The notes beneath the pieces are model-generated. The model did not search any database, was not told the origin of the DNA, and worked only from the letters and a program-made list of their open reading frames with translations. Shown one piece after another: positions 19,612 through 29,665 of a stretch of 64,000 nt of DNA. The stretch comes from a virus, in IMG/VR virus record IMGVR_UViG_3300027704_003324, positions 1 through 64,000 of that record; one strand, 5' to 3'. Within the stretch, counting starts at the first letter, position 1. Every line of letters starts with the position of its first letter. The position numbers were made by a program, and so were the translations under genes.

Positions 19612-20198
19612 TAAGTCATAACGGAACGAGTACGTTTAACTCCGGATTGAATTGGAGTTATTGTTCTCTTTGTTAACTTAGCAAAAGCTTTGTTAGTTTC
19701 TAATTTGAATTCAGATGCATGTAACGCATAAAATTCATCCACAGCTGATTTAGTTCCTGGAAATGCTTCGTAATCTGTTATTATAAAGGAACCGTTTACT
19801 TCCAGCTTGGAAGCTAGTTTTTCTAATGCAAACTCTGTACTAGTATAGCTTACTAAGTGTGAGTGTACTAGTGCTACTGGTTCTGTTGATACTTCTTTAA
19901 GTAAAGTGTCCTCTATATATCCTACTTGTACTTTAATATCTCTATTAATTAGATGTATCATATCAAATGCTGGTTGAGGAGGTCTTTTAAATTCACCTTT
20001 CTGGAATGCGTTATTATCTTTTTCTGATGGTGTATTATATCCTGAGAAAGATTCGTAAATAAGGATGTTTCTTTTTATTATACTTCCTTCATTCATGTAT
20101 CCTATAAATTCTTTAAGGCTATTTCCTTTGCCAAACCCTAACTCTACCAGGCTGCCTGGGATGTTATTTGCTGTCGCTAATGCTGCTTTGTAGTTCAT
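19611..20198 (-). CDS. TylF/MycF-like O-methyltransferase (degenerate motifs)
   Basis: GSLVELGFGKGNS, ESFSG, GYIEDTL, Y.ST, DY...PG...AVDEF. Confidence 0.75.
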   Translation of the reverse strand: MNYKAALATANNIPGSLVELGFGKGNSLKEFIGYMNEGSIIKRNILIYESFSGYNTPSEKDNNAFQKGEFKRPPQPAFDMIHLINRDIKVQVGYIEDTLLKEVSTEPVALVHSHLVSYTSTEFALEKLASKLEVNGSFIITDYEAFPGTKSAVDEFYALHASEFKLETNKAFAKLTKRTITPIQSGVKRTRSVMT

Positions 20199-20211
20199 AC
20201 TTATAAATATA

Positions 20212-20838
20212 CTAAGTTAATGTATCATAGTAATCGTTTTGCTTTTCTTGCTTTACAATATCTTTTGGATGATAAAGTGCAAGTTCTTCTTGAGGCGGTA
20301 AAGCTGAATGAGATTTAAATCCTTCTAGAACTTCATGTACTTTATTGACCCATTTAATTTCAGGTTTGTTCTTCCAAATTCTCATTTGATAATCAGGCCA
20401 ATTAATCCACCCTTTATCGCTTACATTCCATCTCCATTTATTAATATGCTCTTCTGTAAGTCCTTCTACTGTATTTACTCTTGGTACATAGTATACATCC
20501 GTGTCGCTATTACTTTCTAATATGGTTGGTAAGTTCTTTATAAGTAATTCATTAGGAAGTTCATCGGCATCAATTTGAAATATATAATCTCCGTCACAAT
20601 ATTCAGTTAATTTATTTTTCCAATCTGCAAAATGTCCTTCAAAATATCCTCTCCAAAATTGATGATTAGGTTTAATATTCATCTTCGTTAGCCATTTAGC
20701 TACCTCCGGGTCACCATTCTTCTGATCGTATAGAACTACAATATCATCATGAGTTCTTTTATGTTTCAGAAGAAACGTAACTAGTCTTTGTATCTCTACA
20801 AATTCAGTACAGACTGTTATTGCATAAGTTATATTCAT
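20212..20838 (-). CDS. GT2-like glycosyltransferase
   Basis: YIFQIDADE, PRVN, PDYQ.R, VHE.L. Confidence 0.85.
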   Translation of the reverse strand: MNITYAITVCTEFVEIQRLVTFLLKHKRTHDDIVVLYDQKNGDPEVAKWLTKMNIKPNHQFWRGYFEGHFADWKNKLTEYCDGDYIFQIDADELPNELLIKNLPTILESNSDTDVYYVPRVNTVEGLTEEHINKWRWNVSDKGWINWPDYQMRIWKNKPEIKWVNKVHEVLEGFKSHSALPPQEELALYHPKDIVKQEKQNDYYDTLT

Positions 20839-21306
20839 CTATCCTGCTACTACTTGAAAGAATCCGATATGATCAACTGCATCCATAAAGTCGTTTTGTC
20901 CGAACATCTTTCTATTTTGCATATCCATTTTAAACTTTTGATCGGCTGGGAAAGCTTTTTGTTTTCTATCTACTTCTGTAATAGGGACTGCCTTAACAGC
21001 AGACCAAGTCCAACTATCTTTATCAGAACCGTCTAAGAATACCATTCCTTTTTCTGGTACTGTAATAGTAGCTGGAGCCCATATGTATCCTTTATCATCT
21101 TTATATAGTAAGTCCACATAAAGTGAAGGAGAAGTTTCTTTTAAGTTAGTTACTATAGTACTTCCTTCAGTCATTAAAGTAGAAGTTGTAAAACCACAAC
21201 CCATACAAGTCCAAGTAGTAATCTCTTCTGTTGATCCTTCAGGTGTAAAGCTTTGCTCGTAGCAGGCATCACTTCCACATTTTCTGCATTCAGTTAATTT
21301 ATCCAT
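20839..21306 (-). CDS. Zn-ribbon protein
   Basis: CRKCGS...CMGCG. Confidence 0.65.
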   Translation of the reverse strand: MDKLTECRKCGSDACYEQSFTPEGSTEEITTWTCMGCGFTTSTLMTEGSTIVTNLKETSPSLYVDLLYKDDKGYIWAPATITVPEKGMVFLDGSDKDSWTWSAVKAVPITEVDRKQKAFPADQKFKMDMQNRKMFGQNDFMDAVDHIGFFQVVAG

Positions 21307-21309
21307 TTT

Positions 21310-22587
21310 TTATAGTTTAGGAAGCTCAAGCTTCGGTAATGTTAATTTTATTTCTTTAGGAAACTCTGGTAAGTTATTATCTAATGTTTTATCTAAAAGC
21401 TCTACCATTTTGTCAAACGTAAAATTGTTTTTAATTTTATGTGCTTGTCTCTTAGCTCCTTCTTGTGTCTTTTTATAATGCTTAGTAACTTGTTTATATG
21501 CTTTACTTACATCGCTATCATTAGGTCTAAACCATAATGCTTCTTGTGTAATCATATTTTTAAGTACCGCTGATGGATGTACCTTTTGCAAAGTACCTCC
21601 TAATAGTATAGAATCTTCTCTATTTAAGAAGTCTACTTGTCCTGACCAACCTGAAGCAATAACTGGTTTACCTGTTGCTGCAAATTCTAATAAAGGTCTT
21701 CCAAATCCTTCTCCTTTTGTATGACTAACATATGCTTTTACTTTAGGATGATTATACAAATCAGCCATTTCATCATCAGTAACTTCTCCATGAAGTAAGT
21801 ATATGTTCGGTAGAGTACCTGTAACTGTAGAACGTATTTGATCTATTTTAGCTAGTATTTTATCTCTATCCATAATAGAAGTACCTACTGAGTGAGTCTT
21901 AAGAATTAAAGCAGGTATCTTTTTTGACTTAAATGCTCCATTTTTATATGTCTCTAAGAACGTTTTAATAGTGTACCCTATATTCTTTCTATCTTCTCCA
22001 AAGTCTCCTTGCATCCAATGCCCTACACTAAGAAAGCAAAACTCTTCTTTTATCGTACTAATAGATTTAAATAAATCTGATTGTTTATTTACTGTTAAGT
22101 ATTTCTGTACGTCGATACCTTCAAATAATACTTCGACTGGTTTCTCTACTTTAAGCTCTTTAATTTTTTGCTTAGTCTTAGAATCGAAAGCATCTAACTT
22201 AGTTCCTAAGAATACATTTTTAGCATGCTCAGATGATACCAGGTTTAAGTCCATTCTATTGAGTCCTTCTATCCAGCTACCATCACATAGTGTAGTTTCT
22301 ATACCAGCTGTCATACCTATATTATATTTACCTACAGCTTGGAACTCGTTAGGAACTGATATTTGAATCCATACGTCAGGTTTAAATGATAGTTGAGGTA
22401 TTACTAAAGATGTTAATTCATCTTCGTTATGGTCTCTTAAGTACCCACTTCTCGTATTGCCCCATCGTTGTGATAGTACATTTATATCGTACTTACCAGT
22501 CTTTATTAAAGCTTTTACTACATCTCTTGCTCTAGCTCCATAACCTGAATATGTATTAATTGGTGCGCTTATAACTAATGATATCAT
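21310..22587 (-). CDS. GT4 (GT-B) glycosyltransferase
   Basis: SGYG, RKNI, GEGFGRPLLEF..TGKPVIAS. Confidence 0.9.
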   Translation of the reverse strand: MISLVISAPINTYSGYGARARDVVKALIKTGKYDINVLSQRWGNTRSGYLRDHNEDELTSLVIPQLSFKPDVWIQISVPNEFQAVGKYNIGMTAGIETTLCDGSWIEGLNRMDLNLVSSEHAKNVFLGTKLDAFDSKTKQKIKELKVEKPVEVLFEGIDVQKYLTVNKQSDLFKSISTIKEEFCFLSVGHWMQGDFGEDRKNIGYTIKTFLETYKNGAFKSKKIPALILKTHSVGTSIMDRDKILAKIDQIRSTVTGTLPNIYLLHGEVTDDEMADLYNHPKVKAYVSHTKGEGFGRPLLEFAATGKPVIASGWSGQVDFLNREDSILLGGTLQKVHPSAVLKNMITQEALWFRPNDSDVSKAYKQVTKHYKKTQEGAKRQAHKIKNNFTFDKMVELLDKTLDNNLPEFPKEIKLTLPKLELPKL

Positions 22588-22588
22588 A

Positions 22589-24034
22589 TTAATAATTTAA
22601 AAGTTTATGTTTAATATATTTTTTAGGTAACGTTTCTATTTTGATTAAGTCGAACTTAGTCCTTGGAACAAACTTATCTAATGCTTCGTTGATAGTAGTA
22701 CCAATAGCAAATGACATATTCTTAGCTGTAAAACCAGACTCATCTGACATTGACCATTCTCTACCTTTAAGTCCTCTATTATTTCTCTCTTCTTTAGATA
22801 AGTTAAATGATTCTAGGATAGCTTGTGCTACATCTTCTGGTCTACATCTATCGTCAAATATATAAGGAGTAGGTACTGAGCCAGTTAGAGATATATTAGA
22901 TGGAAAAACTGGTATAGCCCATTCACCATGATCTTTTACTGTCCCTCTATGGTTAGAAGGAAAATCAGAATCAAAGTCAATCCATTTACCATCTTTTTCA
23001 AATCTCATTTGATCTTGCATTCCTCCTGTAACATTGGCTATAATCATAGTCCCTGCCATCATAGATTCTGTCAATGATAAACCCCAGCCTTCGTTAGAAG
23101 ATATTAAACAAGTTACATCTGCAATATTATACAGAGCATTCATTTGAGCTGGATTAATTTTCTCTTGAGAAAAATATACGTTCACATATTCTGGATCACA
23201 TAGTGCTTCTTTTACTGCATTTAAGTCTGTTCCGTTAGGATCAACTGCTGCTGTATGCATTACTAAAGCACATTTTTTAGCTTTCTCTTTTGGTATTGAA
23301 TCACAGAACATTCTAAAAGCTAGTATTACATCTGCTGTCTTTTTACGTTGGATGTTCCTAGAGTTATAAAACATTACAAAATCAATATCTTTACCAGTAA
23401 ATAATTCTTTCCTAAAATTAGTAAACGTTTCGAATTCAGGATCTTCTTTCTTTATAGGTTTAAATACATTTTCATCTATACCATGTGGAATATACTTTAA
23501 TACTTTATTCTCTGCTTCTTCTTCTAATACTAGTTTATTAATGTTTAATGTCTGTTTAGATATAGCCATTAAAGCATCTACTGAGTTATAGTAAGTTTTA
23601 TTGTATAAAGGAGAAGGATAATCATCCCATATGTTTAACCATACAATAGGTATTTTAGATCTAATCTCTCTTTCTATATCAAATAACCAAATCCAATATC
23701 TTGGATCAGTAAAAATAAAGATAGCATCTGGCTTTTCTTTTTCAATTAACTGACGTACTACGTCTGCATTACCGTATCCATTACTAGGAAGTATCTTGAC
23801 GTAACTATCTGTTAATTTTTTACTTTTATTGATATCATCTGATAGATCGAATATCTTTCCTTCATCTTGATGACCTACAGCTGCACCTAAATTAAGCCAG
23901 TTAAAATGTTGCGCACTATTTACTACAAATTCTCTAGCCATTGTAGCAATCCCTGAATGCATACGAATGTCATCGCAAAGGAGTAGTATTTTCTTTCTAT
24001 CTTCCTTTGGAATATATGGTAACTCTTTATTCAT
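22589..24034 (-). CDS. GT4 (GT-B) glycosyltransferase
   Basis: SGIAT, IPHGID, RN..RK, EGWGLSLTESM. Confidence 0.9.
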   Translation of the reverse strand: MNKELPYIPKEDRKKILLLCDDIRMHSGIATMAREFVVNSAQHFNWLNLGAAVGHQDEGKIFDLSDDINKSKKLTDSYVKILPSNGYGNADVVRQLIEKEKPDAIFIFTDPRYWIWLFDIEREIRSKIPIVWLNIWDDYPSPLYNKTYYNSVDALMAISKQTLNINKLVLEEEAENKVLKYIPHGIDENVFKPIKKEDPEFETFTNFRKELFTGKDIDFVMFYNSRNIQRKKTADVILAFRMFCDSIPKEKAKKCALVMHTAAVDPNGTDLNAVKEALCDPEYVNVYFSQEKINPAQMNALYNIADVTCLISSNEGWGLSLTESMMAGTMIIANVTGGMQDQMRFEKDGKWIDFDSDFPSNHRGTVKDHGEWAIPVFPSNISLTGSVPTPYIFDDRCRPEDVAQAILESFNLSKEERNNRGLKGREWSMSDESGFTAKNMSFAIGTTINEALDKFVPRTKFDLIKIETLPKKYIKHKLLNY

Positions 24035-24039
24035 AAACC

Positions 24040-24225
24040 TTATTTAATTTTTATATTATTTTGATTGTGTACTTTATGCTTAAACTCCTTATCAGTAAGA
24101 TAAAGAAAAATACTACGATCGGCAAGCTTTTTAAAAGAAAAATTATTTTGTAAGCAAGCCATTTTAAACTCATCAAAGAGTGGTTGGGTAATTTTAACTG
24201 ATGTCAGTTTTTCATCTCGTTTCAT
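24040..24225 (-). CDS. small ribbon-helix-helix-like DNA-binding protein
   Basis: LTSVKI beta strand followed by two helices; class-II motif at 24250-24257. Confidence 0.55.
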   Translation of the reverse strand: MKRDEKLTSVKITQPLFDEFKMACLQNNFSFKKLADRSIFLYLTDKEFKHKVHNQNNIKIK

Positions 24226-24265
24226 AATGCATAACTTTAATTGATTATATATAAATATATATAGA

Positions 24266-25201
24266 TTACAAAACCGCTACAGAACATATTCTCATATTCT
24301 TAACCTCACAGAATCTGCAGTTGTCTTTTGAAGGAGTAGGTTCTAAGTCTTCAGTGACATAGTTACCATTCCCATCTAGTGCCTTGTCAACAAAGTTTTG
24401 CATCAAATCGATTGCTCCTTTAATCTTTCTTGGTCCAGAGGCGGGTCTAAATTCTTGTACTCTTCGTTGCATTGCAGCAAAGTCTGCATCTACAGGTACT
24501 CTTCTCTTAACTATAAAGTACTCAACGTCTATTTTATCTATAGGAATATTGAACTGCTTAGAAAAGAACTCTTTGTACAGTAACAATTGTGACTGGGTTT
24601 TAGTATCTTTCTTTTGTTCGGCACTCCAGCCTTTAGTACTTGTTTTAATATCTACAATTGTCCATTTATCTAATGTTTCATTATAGAATACTAAATCAAT
24701 ATATCCTTTGAAAAATACTCCGGGTTTTAATTCTTGATAGAGTAGAGTTTCAATTCCAGCTAAATAAGTATTTTTAGTAGAGAAGTATCCGCCTCTTTTG
24801 CTCTTTAAGAACTTAAGAATATGTTTACCGTCTAGCCAAAATTGCCTAAGCTCGTCAGGAGTAGTAAAGTTTTGATGAGCATTTTGAGCTCTTCCACTCT
24901 TATATGCTTTAATCATATTTTCATACAATAGAGCATCTAAGTCCATTGCATTAGCATCCTTTACCTTACCGTTATATATGGTGTCTAACCAAGTTTGAAT
25001 AGTTTCATGCATTGCAGTACCAAACGTCATATGAATAGATGGCGTAAACGCTACTATTTTACGTACGTATGTAAGTTGCCACTTTTTAGGGCATGTAGCA
25101 AAGTTGGATAACTGACTATAAGAAATATGTTTATTCTTTTTAGACTGTTTAATATAACTTTCCTGTACAAGCTTAACTTGACTTGGAATTTTCTTCGGCA
25201 T
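24266..25201 (-). CDS. PD-(D/E)XK nuclease (Cas4/RecB-like phage exonuclease)
   Basis: SYSQ....CP, FGTAMHE, GYIDLV, IVDIKT, QL.LY, C-terminal CRFC...C. Confidence 0.9.
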   Translation of the reverse strand: MPKKIPSQVKLVQESYIKQSKKNKHISYSQLSNFATCPKKWQLTYVRKIVAFTPSIHMTFGTAMHETIQTWLDTIYNGKVKDANAMDLDALLYENMIKAYKSGRAQNAHQNFTTPDELRQFWLDGKHILKFLKSKRGGYFSTKNTYLAGIETLLYQELKPGVFFKGYIDLVFYNETLDKWTIVDIKTSTKGWSAEQKKDTKTQSQLLLYKEFFSKQFNIPIDKIDVEYFIVKRRVPVDADFAAMQRRVQEFRPASGPRKIKGAIDLMQNFVDKALDGNGNYVTEDLEPTPSKDNCRFCEVKNMRICSVAVL

Positions 25202-25204
25202 AAA

Positions 25205-25588
25205 TTATTTTTTCCAACGGTCACTAGCTACTAATTGAGCTATGATTCCGTAATTAGCTAGATCTTGAAATGTATCTACTAGCGTTTCGTTTTGTGGATC
25301 TCTTTCTGTGATGATCATATTCTTCCATCTGTTTACTTTATCTGAGATTCTATACCAAAGCCCTGTTAGAGCAAAGTCCCTTTCATCATCAGTCTCAAGC
25401 CCAGTACCAGCAGAAATATTACCCATACCGTAGTCCAGATGTTTTTTACTAAATAACTCCAACTGCTCTTCCATGATATCCATATAGCCATTGTAAATAT
25501 TAGGATACTCTTCTTTAAGGATTTCACTAGCTTTTTTGTTAGGTGCTGTTTTTCCATGTTTTGCGTTCATAATTTCTCTATCGCTCAT
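25205..25588 (-). CDS. DUF1599/Nmad1-like all-alpha nucleotide-modification-associated protein
   Basis: KKHLDYG..NI, R..DK..R..N, ETL.DT..DLANY. Confidence 0.8.
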   Translation of the reverse strand: MSDREIMNAKHGKTAPNKKASEILKEEYPNIYNGYMDIMEEQLELFSKKHLDYGMGNISAGTGLETDDERDFALTGLWYRISDKVNRWKNMIITERDPQNETLVDTFQDLANYGIIAQLVASDRWKK

Positions 25589-25799
25589 TTTTTCCGTAGT
25601 AAGTTTCTATTGTTTTTAACATATCGTCTGCGTCTGTAAGTCTATTAATTGATTCCTTAGCGTCCTTAAAAAAGTCTTCAGCGGTATGATCACCGATACC
25701 TACTCCATTTTCTGTTAAGAGTTCTAAAGCCATTAGAGCTTTATCTTTTTCTGCTTGTGCATAAGATTTAAGTGCAACTATAACCTTGTATTGTGCCAT
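25578..25799 (-). CDS. hypothetical protein
   Basis: helical ORF with GIGDH; promoter at 25832-25864. Confidence 0.65.
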   Translation of the reverse strand: MAQYKVIVALKSYAQAEKDKALMALELLTENGVGIGDHTAEDFFKDAKESINRLTDADDMLKTIETYYGKNER

Positions 25800-25866
25800 T
25801 TATAACTTGTTTTTAATGATTAACTTATATGTAAAGATACGAATAAATATTATCGTAGGCAACTAA

Positions 25867-27057
25867 TTACATATATTTTATTGTTAAAGAATCGTCGTCT
25901 ATATCCTTTCTATTAACCCATTCTATTGAACCGTCTGAGAATTCTATTCTTCTAGAGCTTGGAGATTTCTGTAGTACCTTAACTGGCTTCTTATGATCAA
26001 TTGGTTTATCATTTTCATCCAGAGTAATCCAACCTTCGTTGTTTTTTTCTGAGAAGTCTCCTTTTTGCTTTTTCTCTACAATAGGAGCTTCAACTGGAGG
26101 ATCTATTTCATCCTCGTCATCCTGTTCACCCCTTAAGTACTCTTCATAGCCAGGGTCATATTCTTCAAACACTTCTGGACCTTCATTATCTAAGTCACTC
26201 CATAAGTCTGGTTTGGGTTTGTCTTCTAATTCACCGTAAAGGTTTCTCTTATAAGCTTGATCAAATGCAAAGTTTGCTGCTACTACTAATGCTATTGCTA
26301 ATGGATCGAATACAAATATAATAATTAACAATAGTATGTTAATAATCTTATCCATAGGAGTGCCTGTAAGTCCGGAAAGGTACTGCAATGGTCCTAACTC
26401 TCCTGCTACTTCAGTATTGTTATCTAATTCTAATATTTCTAATTGAAACTTTTGTAAACTATCTGCTGCTACGACTCTTTTCTCTTGAACAGCTTTTCTA
26501 TTCTCTTCTTCAACTTCAATTCGTTTAGATGCCATTCTAATCTCTGAAGTCGAGATGGTGGTTCTAAAGCCTGCAGCCAACGATGTGTCCTTAACTTGGA
26601 TTGAGGAAGATTTTGCGTTACTGAGAGTAGAAATATTGCTAGATATTCTTTCAAGTTCTGAGTCAAAACGTATAACGTCTTTTTCATAAAAGTCTTTTTT
26701 CTGTGTAAGGTATGCTGTTTGGTTTTCTTTAGTAGTTAGTTGTCTATAAGTATCTTGATATGCAGCACTTAAAAATCCGTATATACCCATACTAGTAATC
26801 AATACTAGAACTACTGTAGCCACTGTTAGGTACGTTCTAAGACCTTTATTTATTGTATCCCAGTACTTATATAATAAAGAAGCTATCACTAGCTTAGCTA
26901 CTTCTAAAGATCCTGCCATTATAATAACTTCTAGCGAAGCTCCAGCAAATAACTTACTCAGTCCACTTACAGAGTAGAATGCAGCTGATGCAGATACAGA
27001 TAGTGCTGATAGTGCAATAATACCTGGGAAGATCCCTTTAGTAAATCGTTTAAGCAT
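25867..27057 (-). CDS. membrane protein with coiled coil
   Basis: 3 N-terminal TMs, coiled coil, GPL.Y, IFVFDPLA TM, acidic tail. Confidence 0.75.
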   Translation of the reverse strand: MLKRFTKGIFPGIIALSALSVSASAAFYSVSGLSKLFAGASLEVIIMAGSLEVAKLVIASLLYKYWDTINKGLRTYLTVATVVLVLITSMGIYGFLSAAYQDTYRQLTTKENQTAYLTQKKDFYEKDVIRFDSELERISSNISTLSNAKSSSIQVKDTSLAAGFRTTISTSEIRMASKRIEVEEENRKAVQEKRVVAADSLQKFQLEILELDNNTEVAGELGPLQYLSGLTGTPMDKIINILLLIIIFVFDPLAIALVVAANFAFDQAYKRNLYGELEDKPKPDLWSDLDNEGPEVFEEYDPGYEEYLRGEQDDEDEIDPPVEAPIVEKKQKGDFSEKNNEGWITLDENDKPIDHKKPVKVLQKSPSSRRIEFSDGSIEWVNRKDIDDDSLTIKYM

Positions 27058-27089
27058 GTTTATATTTTGATTATAAATAGTTGGATATT

Positions 27090-27497
27090 TTACTTAGCCA
27101 GTAGAATTAGTGTTACTACGGCTCCTATACCTGTACCAACCTTATAGAAAAACGTACGTCTTTTTTGCCTCTTTAATGCTTTCTCTAAATCTTTTACTAA
27201 CTGAGTATTCAGTGATTGTTGCTGATCTTTAGTGTTTATTATAGATCCAAAGTTTATTATCTTTTGATTAAGCGATATTATAATAGTATCCTTAGTAGAT
27301 AACTGAATGCTTTTCTGTGCTATGATGTCATTAAGCACTACGACTTCTTTCTTAGAAGCATCTCCTTTAATAAGGTCTTTAATTACCTCCTTTACTATTA
27401 CTTTCGGTAATGGAATCTTTAAGGTATCTGTAACGCTCTGTGAAAAAGCTGATAAGCTCATCGTCAGAGTAAGTGTTAATAGAAATAAGTTTCTCAT
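27090..27497 (-). CDS. exported coiled-coil protein with C-terminal TM (spanin-like candidate)
   Basis: signal peptide, coiled coil, C-terminal hydrophobic helix; overlaps the upstream gene. Confidence 0.55.
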   Translation of the reverse strand: MRNLFLLTLTLTMSLSAFSQSVTDTLKIPLPKVIVKEVIKDLIKGDASKKEVVVLNDIIAQKSIQLSTKDTIIISLNQKIINFGSIINTKDQQQSLNTQLVKDLEKALKRQKRRTFFYKVGTGIGAVVTLILLAK

Positions 27498-27765
27498 CTG
27501 TCTGTTTTTTAATGGTCCAAATACGGCCGTTTAGTTGTTTAATTTTAGCATTAGACTCTTCTAAATTAATAGCCATGGTTTTTATTCTAGCAGTTAACTT
27601 TGAGTTTAGGGTATATGTTGAGTCTACTACTTTTTCTAGATTTGAAATTTTAGTTTCATATCCTTTCACATCAACGTTGATGGGTTCTTGTCCGAATATC
27701 ATCCAAGCTACAAATCCTCCAAGAATTGCAAACATTAAATAGCTCTGTAATTTTTTTAGCTTCAT
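27379..27765 (-). CDS. N-terminal TM coiled-coil protein (i-spanin-like candidate)
   Basis: single TM followed by a long coiled coil; next to the endolysin-like gene. Confidence 0.55.
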   Translation of the reverse strand: MKLKKLQSYLMFAILGGFVAWMIFGQEPINVDVKGYETKISNLEKVVDSTYTLNSKLTARIKTMAINLEESNAKIKQLNGRIWTIKKQTDEKLISINTYSDDELISFFTERYRYLKDSITESNSKGGN

Positions 27766-27803
27766 AACTATAATATAAGAAATATATATCTAATTAGCAA
27801 CTT

Positions 27804-28412
27804 TTATACTATATCATTACTTTCTAATAAAGTATAGGTAAAAGAGTTACCCCATTTTTCTCTTGCGATTTGACATATATCTAGAAACTCATGCCAATCA
27901 TCGTTATCAGCTATGACTTGACATCCTGCTGACCATTTGTCTACTCTGGTAGATGTACCACCAGATCTGCTAGTTGCTCTATGAATGTTAATTCCAAATA
28001 TACCTTCTTCTACTCTTTCTTCAAATAAATCGTATTTACTATCTCTATTACTATCTCTGTATACTTTAACGGGTTTTTGTTGCCCTAAAGCTAAGTATTT
28101 TCCTTGATGTAATCTTAATTTATGAGAGCTTCTGTATTGACCTGGTTTCAATATTGCTACTCCATTTTCATTTAGTACATTCTCTACCCAATGTGTTCCT
28201 GGATCAGTAGTACAATTATAGCAATGAAATTGCCATTCACCTTCTACTTTATATGATATAGTAATACAGTCATCGAAAGCATTAGTAACTCTGTTTTTAG
28301 TTGCTGAGTTTCTTATTCCGATAATGTTTACATCGTAATCACCACCTGTAAAGTACTTATACCCTTTACTCTTCATTGTGGCTTCTACGTCTTCTCTTTT
28401 ATAACATGCCAT
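27804..28412 (-). CDS. putative endolysin, YkuD/L,D-transpeptidase-like fold
   Basis: GINIHRA ... WSAGCQV (His/Cys dyad pattern). Confidence 0.6.
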   Translation of the reverse strand: MACYKREDVEATMKSKGYKYFTGGDYDVNIIGIRNSATKNRVTNAFDDCITISYKVEGEWQFHCYNCTTDPGTHWVENVLNENGVAILKPGQYRSSHKLRLHQGKYLALGQQKPVKVYRDSNRDSKYDLFEERVEEGIFGINIHRATSRSGGTSTRVDKWSAGCQVIADNDDWHEFLDICQIAREKWGNSFTYTLLESNDIV

Positions 28413-28430
28413 GTTTTTTTTATTTTGAAT

Positions 28431-28667
28431 TTAACTACATTTATTTTTAATCTCGTTATACAACTCATCAGCATATCCTTGTGGGTTTTCGAAGTGTTGT
28501 TTAGTAGATTCCATTTTACCTATCAAACAATTTTTAAAATGTTTACCACTTTTACCTTTCAATAAAGTATCTATTGCACATGCTTTCATCCAAGTTCTTG
28601 GGTCATTACCTTGAACTGAGGACTTTACGTCGTTAATTGCTAAAATACATTGTACTGCATCTGCCAT
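28431..28667 (-). CDS. Cys-containing hypothetical protein
   Basis: 78-aa ORF in operon. Confidence 0.55.
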   Translation of the reverse strand: MADAVQCILAINDVKSSVQGNDPRTWMKACAIDTLLKGKSGKHFKNCLIGKMESTKQHFENPQGYADELYNEIKNKCS

Positions 28668-28672
28668 AATCT

Positions 28673-28897
28673 TTATTTTTTATTAAATATTTTTCCTGCT
28701 TCTGCTATACCAAAGGAACCTAATACTACCCAAACAAAAGAATTGTAGATTATATCATTTATTACTAAATCTTTACCGAGGTAACCAGTAATTAAGTCTG
28801 CAAAGGCAAATATAATCATAATTGCGAATGCTATAAATCCAATTACAGATTTTTCGTTGATATTGTTGTCGTCTTTAAATAGGTCTGAGAATTTCAT
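28673..28897 (-). CDS. holin-like 2-TM protein
   Basis: two TMs, charged ends, upstream of the endolysin-like gene. Confidence 0.5.
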   Translation of the reverse strand: MKFSDLFKDDNNINEKSVIGFIAFAIMIIFAFADLITGYLGKDLVINDIIYNSFVWVVLGSFGIAEAGKIFNKK

Positions 28898-28908
28898 AGG
28901 GTGTGTTT

Positions 28909-29313
28909 TTAGAATTTACTTTCTTGTAACAATTCATCTATAACTTCTTGTATCTCTTCTAATGTTGCGTTCAATGTAAAACCAATTCCAGCTTTAAAAT
29001 GCTTAGAATCTTCTCCATCTTTAAATATAATAATGTGGGGTATTGTACGAACACTATGTTCTTTTTTAGCTTTAGGTGCTTTAGATATATCTACTCTGTA
29101 GTATTTACATCCTTCAAGTTCGTCCCATTCTTTGAAAGCATTTGCATCATTAAAAGATGCCCAGAATTCAACTACAATTATACTATAGTCTTCATCTCCG
29201 AATGCGTCGCCGTTGGTAACCTTTTTGTCAAAGTCTTCATCTGTAATAACTGTTTGTGAATAACCCACATAACAGGTAAATAAGAAAACTAGTGATAGTA
29301 GTAACTTTTTCAT
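28909..29313 (-). CDS. exported thioredoxin-fold protein lacking CxxC
   Basis: signal peptide; VVEFWASFN in place of WCxxC; cis-Pro loop TIP.IIIFKDG. Confidence 0.75.
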   Translation of the reverse strand: MKKLLLSLVFLFTCYVGYSQTVITDEDFDKKVTNGDAFGDEDYSIIVVEFWASFNDANAFKEWDELEGCKYYRVDISKAPKAKKEHSVRTIPHIIIFKDGEDSKHFKAGIGFTLNATLEEIQEVIDELLQESKF

Positions 29314-29324
29314 TTATTTATTAA

Positions 29325-29648
29325 TTATTGTCTAGACTGTAAATCATATAGTCTTTCATCTATTTTATCAAGTTGTTTTTTAATCTCTTCAACATCGTTT
29401 TGAGTATTCATAATTGCATCACGTATTGCCTCATCCTTCATTTGAAACTCAATTCTTTGAATTTCAGCTTCCGGAAGTTCTTTTGCTAATTCAATATCAG
29501 CTTTTAATGTAAACCACATTCCAATTACAGTAGAGATTAGTACTAAAAACATCCCTACTGTTTTAAGATCAATTGAAAAGTCAGGTTTACCGTCTCCGTC
29601 TACATCTATGCCTAACTTTACTTTGTTTGTATCTATCTTCTTCGCCAT
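29325..29648 (-). CDS. single-TM coiled-coil protein
   Basis: DVDGDG motif, TM, heptad repeats. Confidence 0.65.
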   Translation of the reverse strand: MAKKIDTNKVKLGIDVDGDGKPDFSIDLKTVGMFLVLISTVIGMWFTLKADIELAKELPEAEIQRIEFQMKDEAIRDAIMNTQNDVEEIKKQLDKIDERLYDLQSRQ

Positions 29649-29665
29649 TTTTATTTTTTCTGCTT

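Noticed and set aside
24266-25201. Cas4-like nuclease as a sign of CRISPR-Cas
   Set aside because: No cas1/cas2 and no repeat-spacer array were seen. Stand-alone Cas4-like exonucleases are common in phages.
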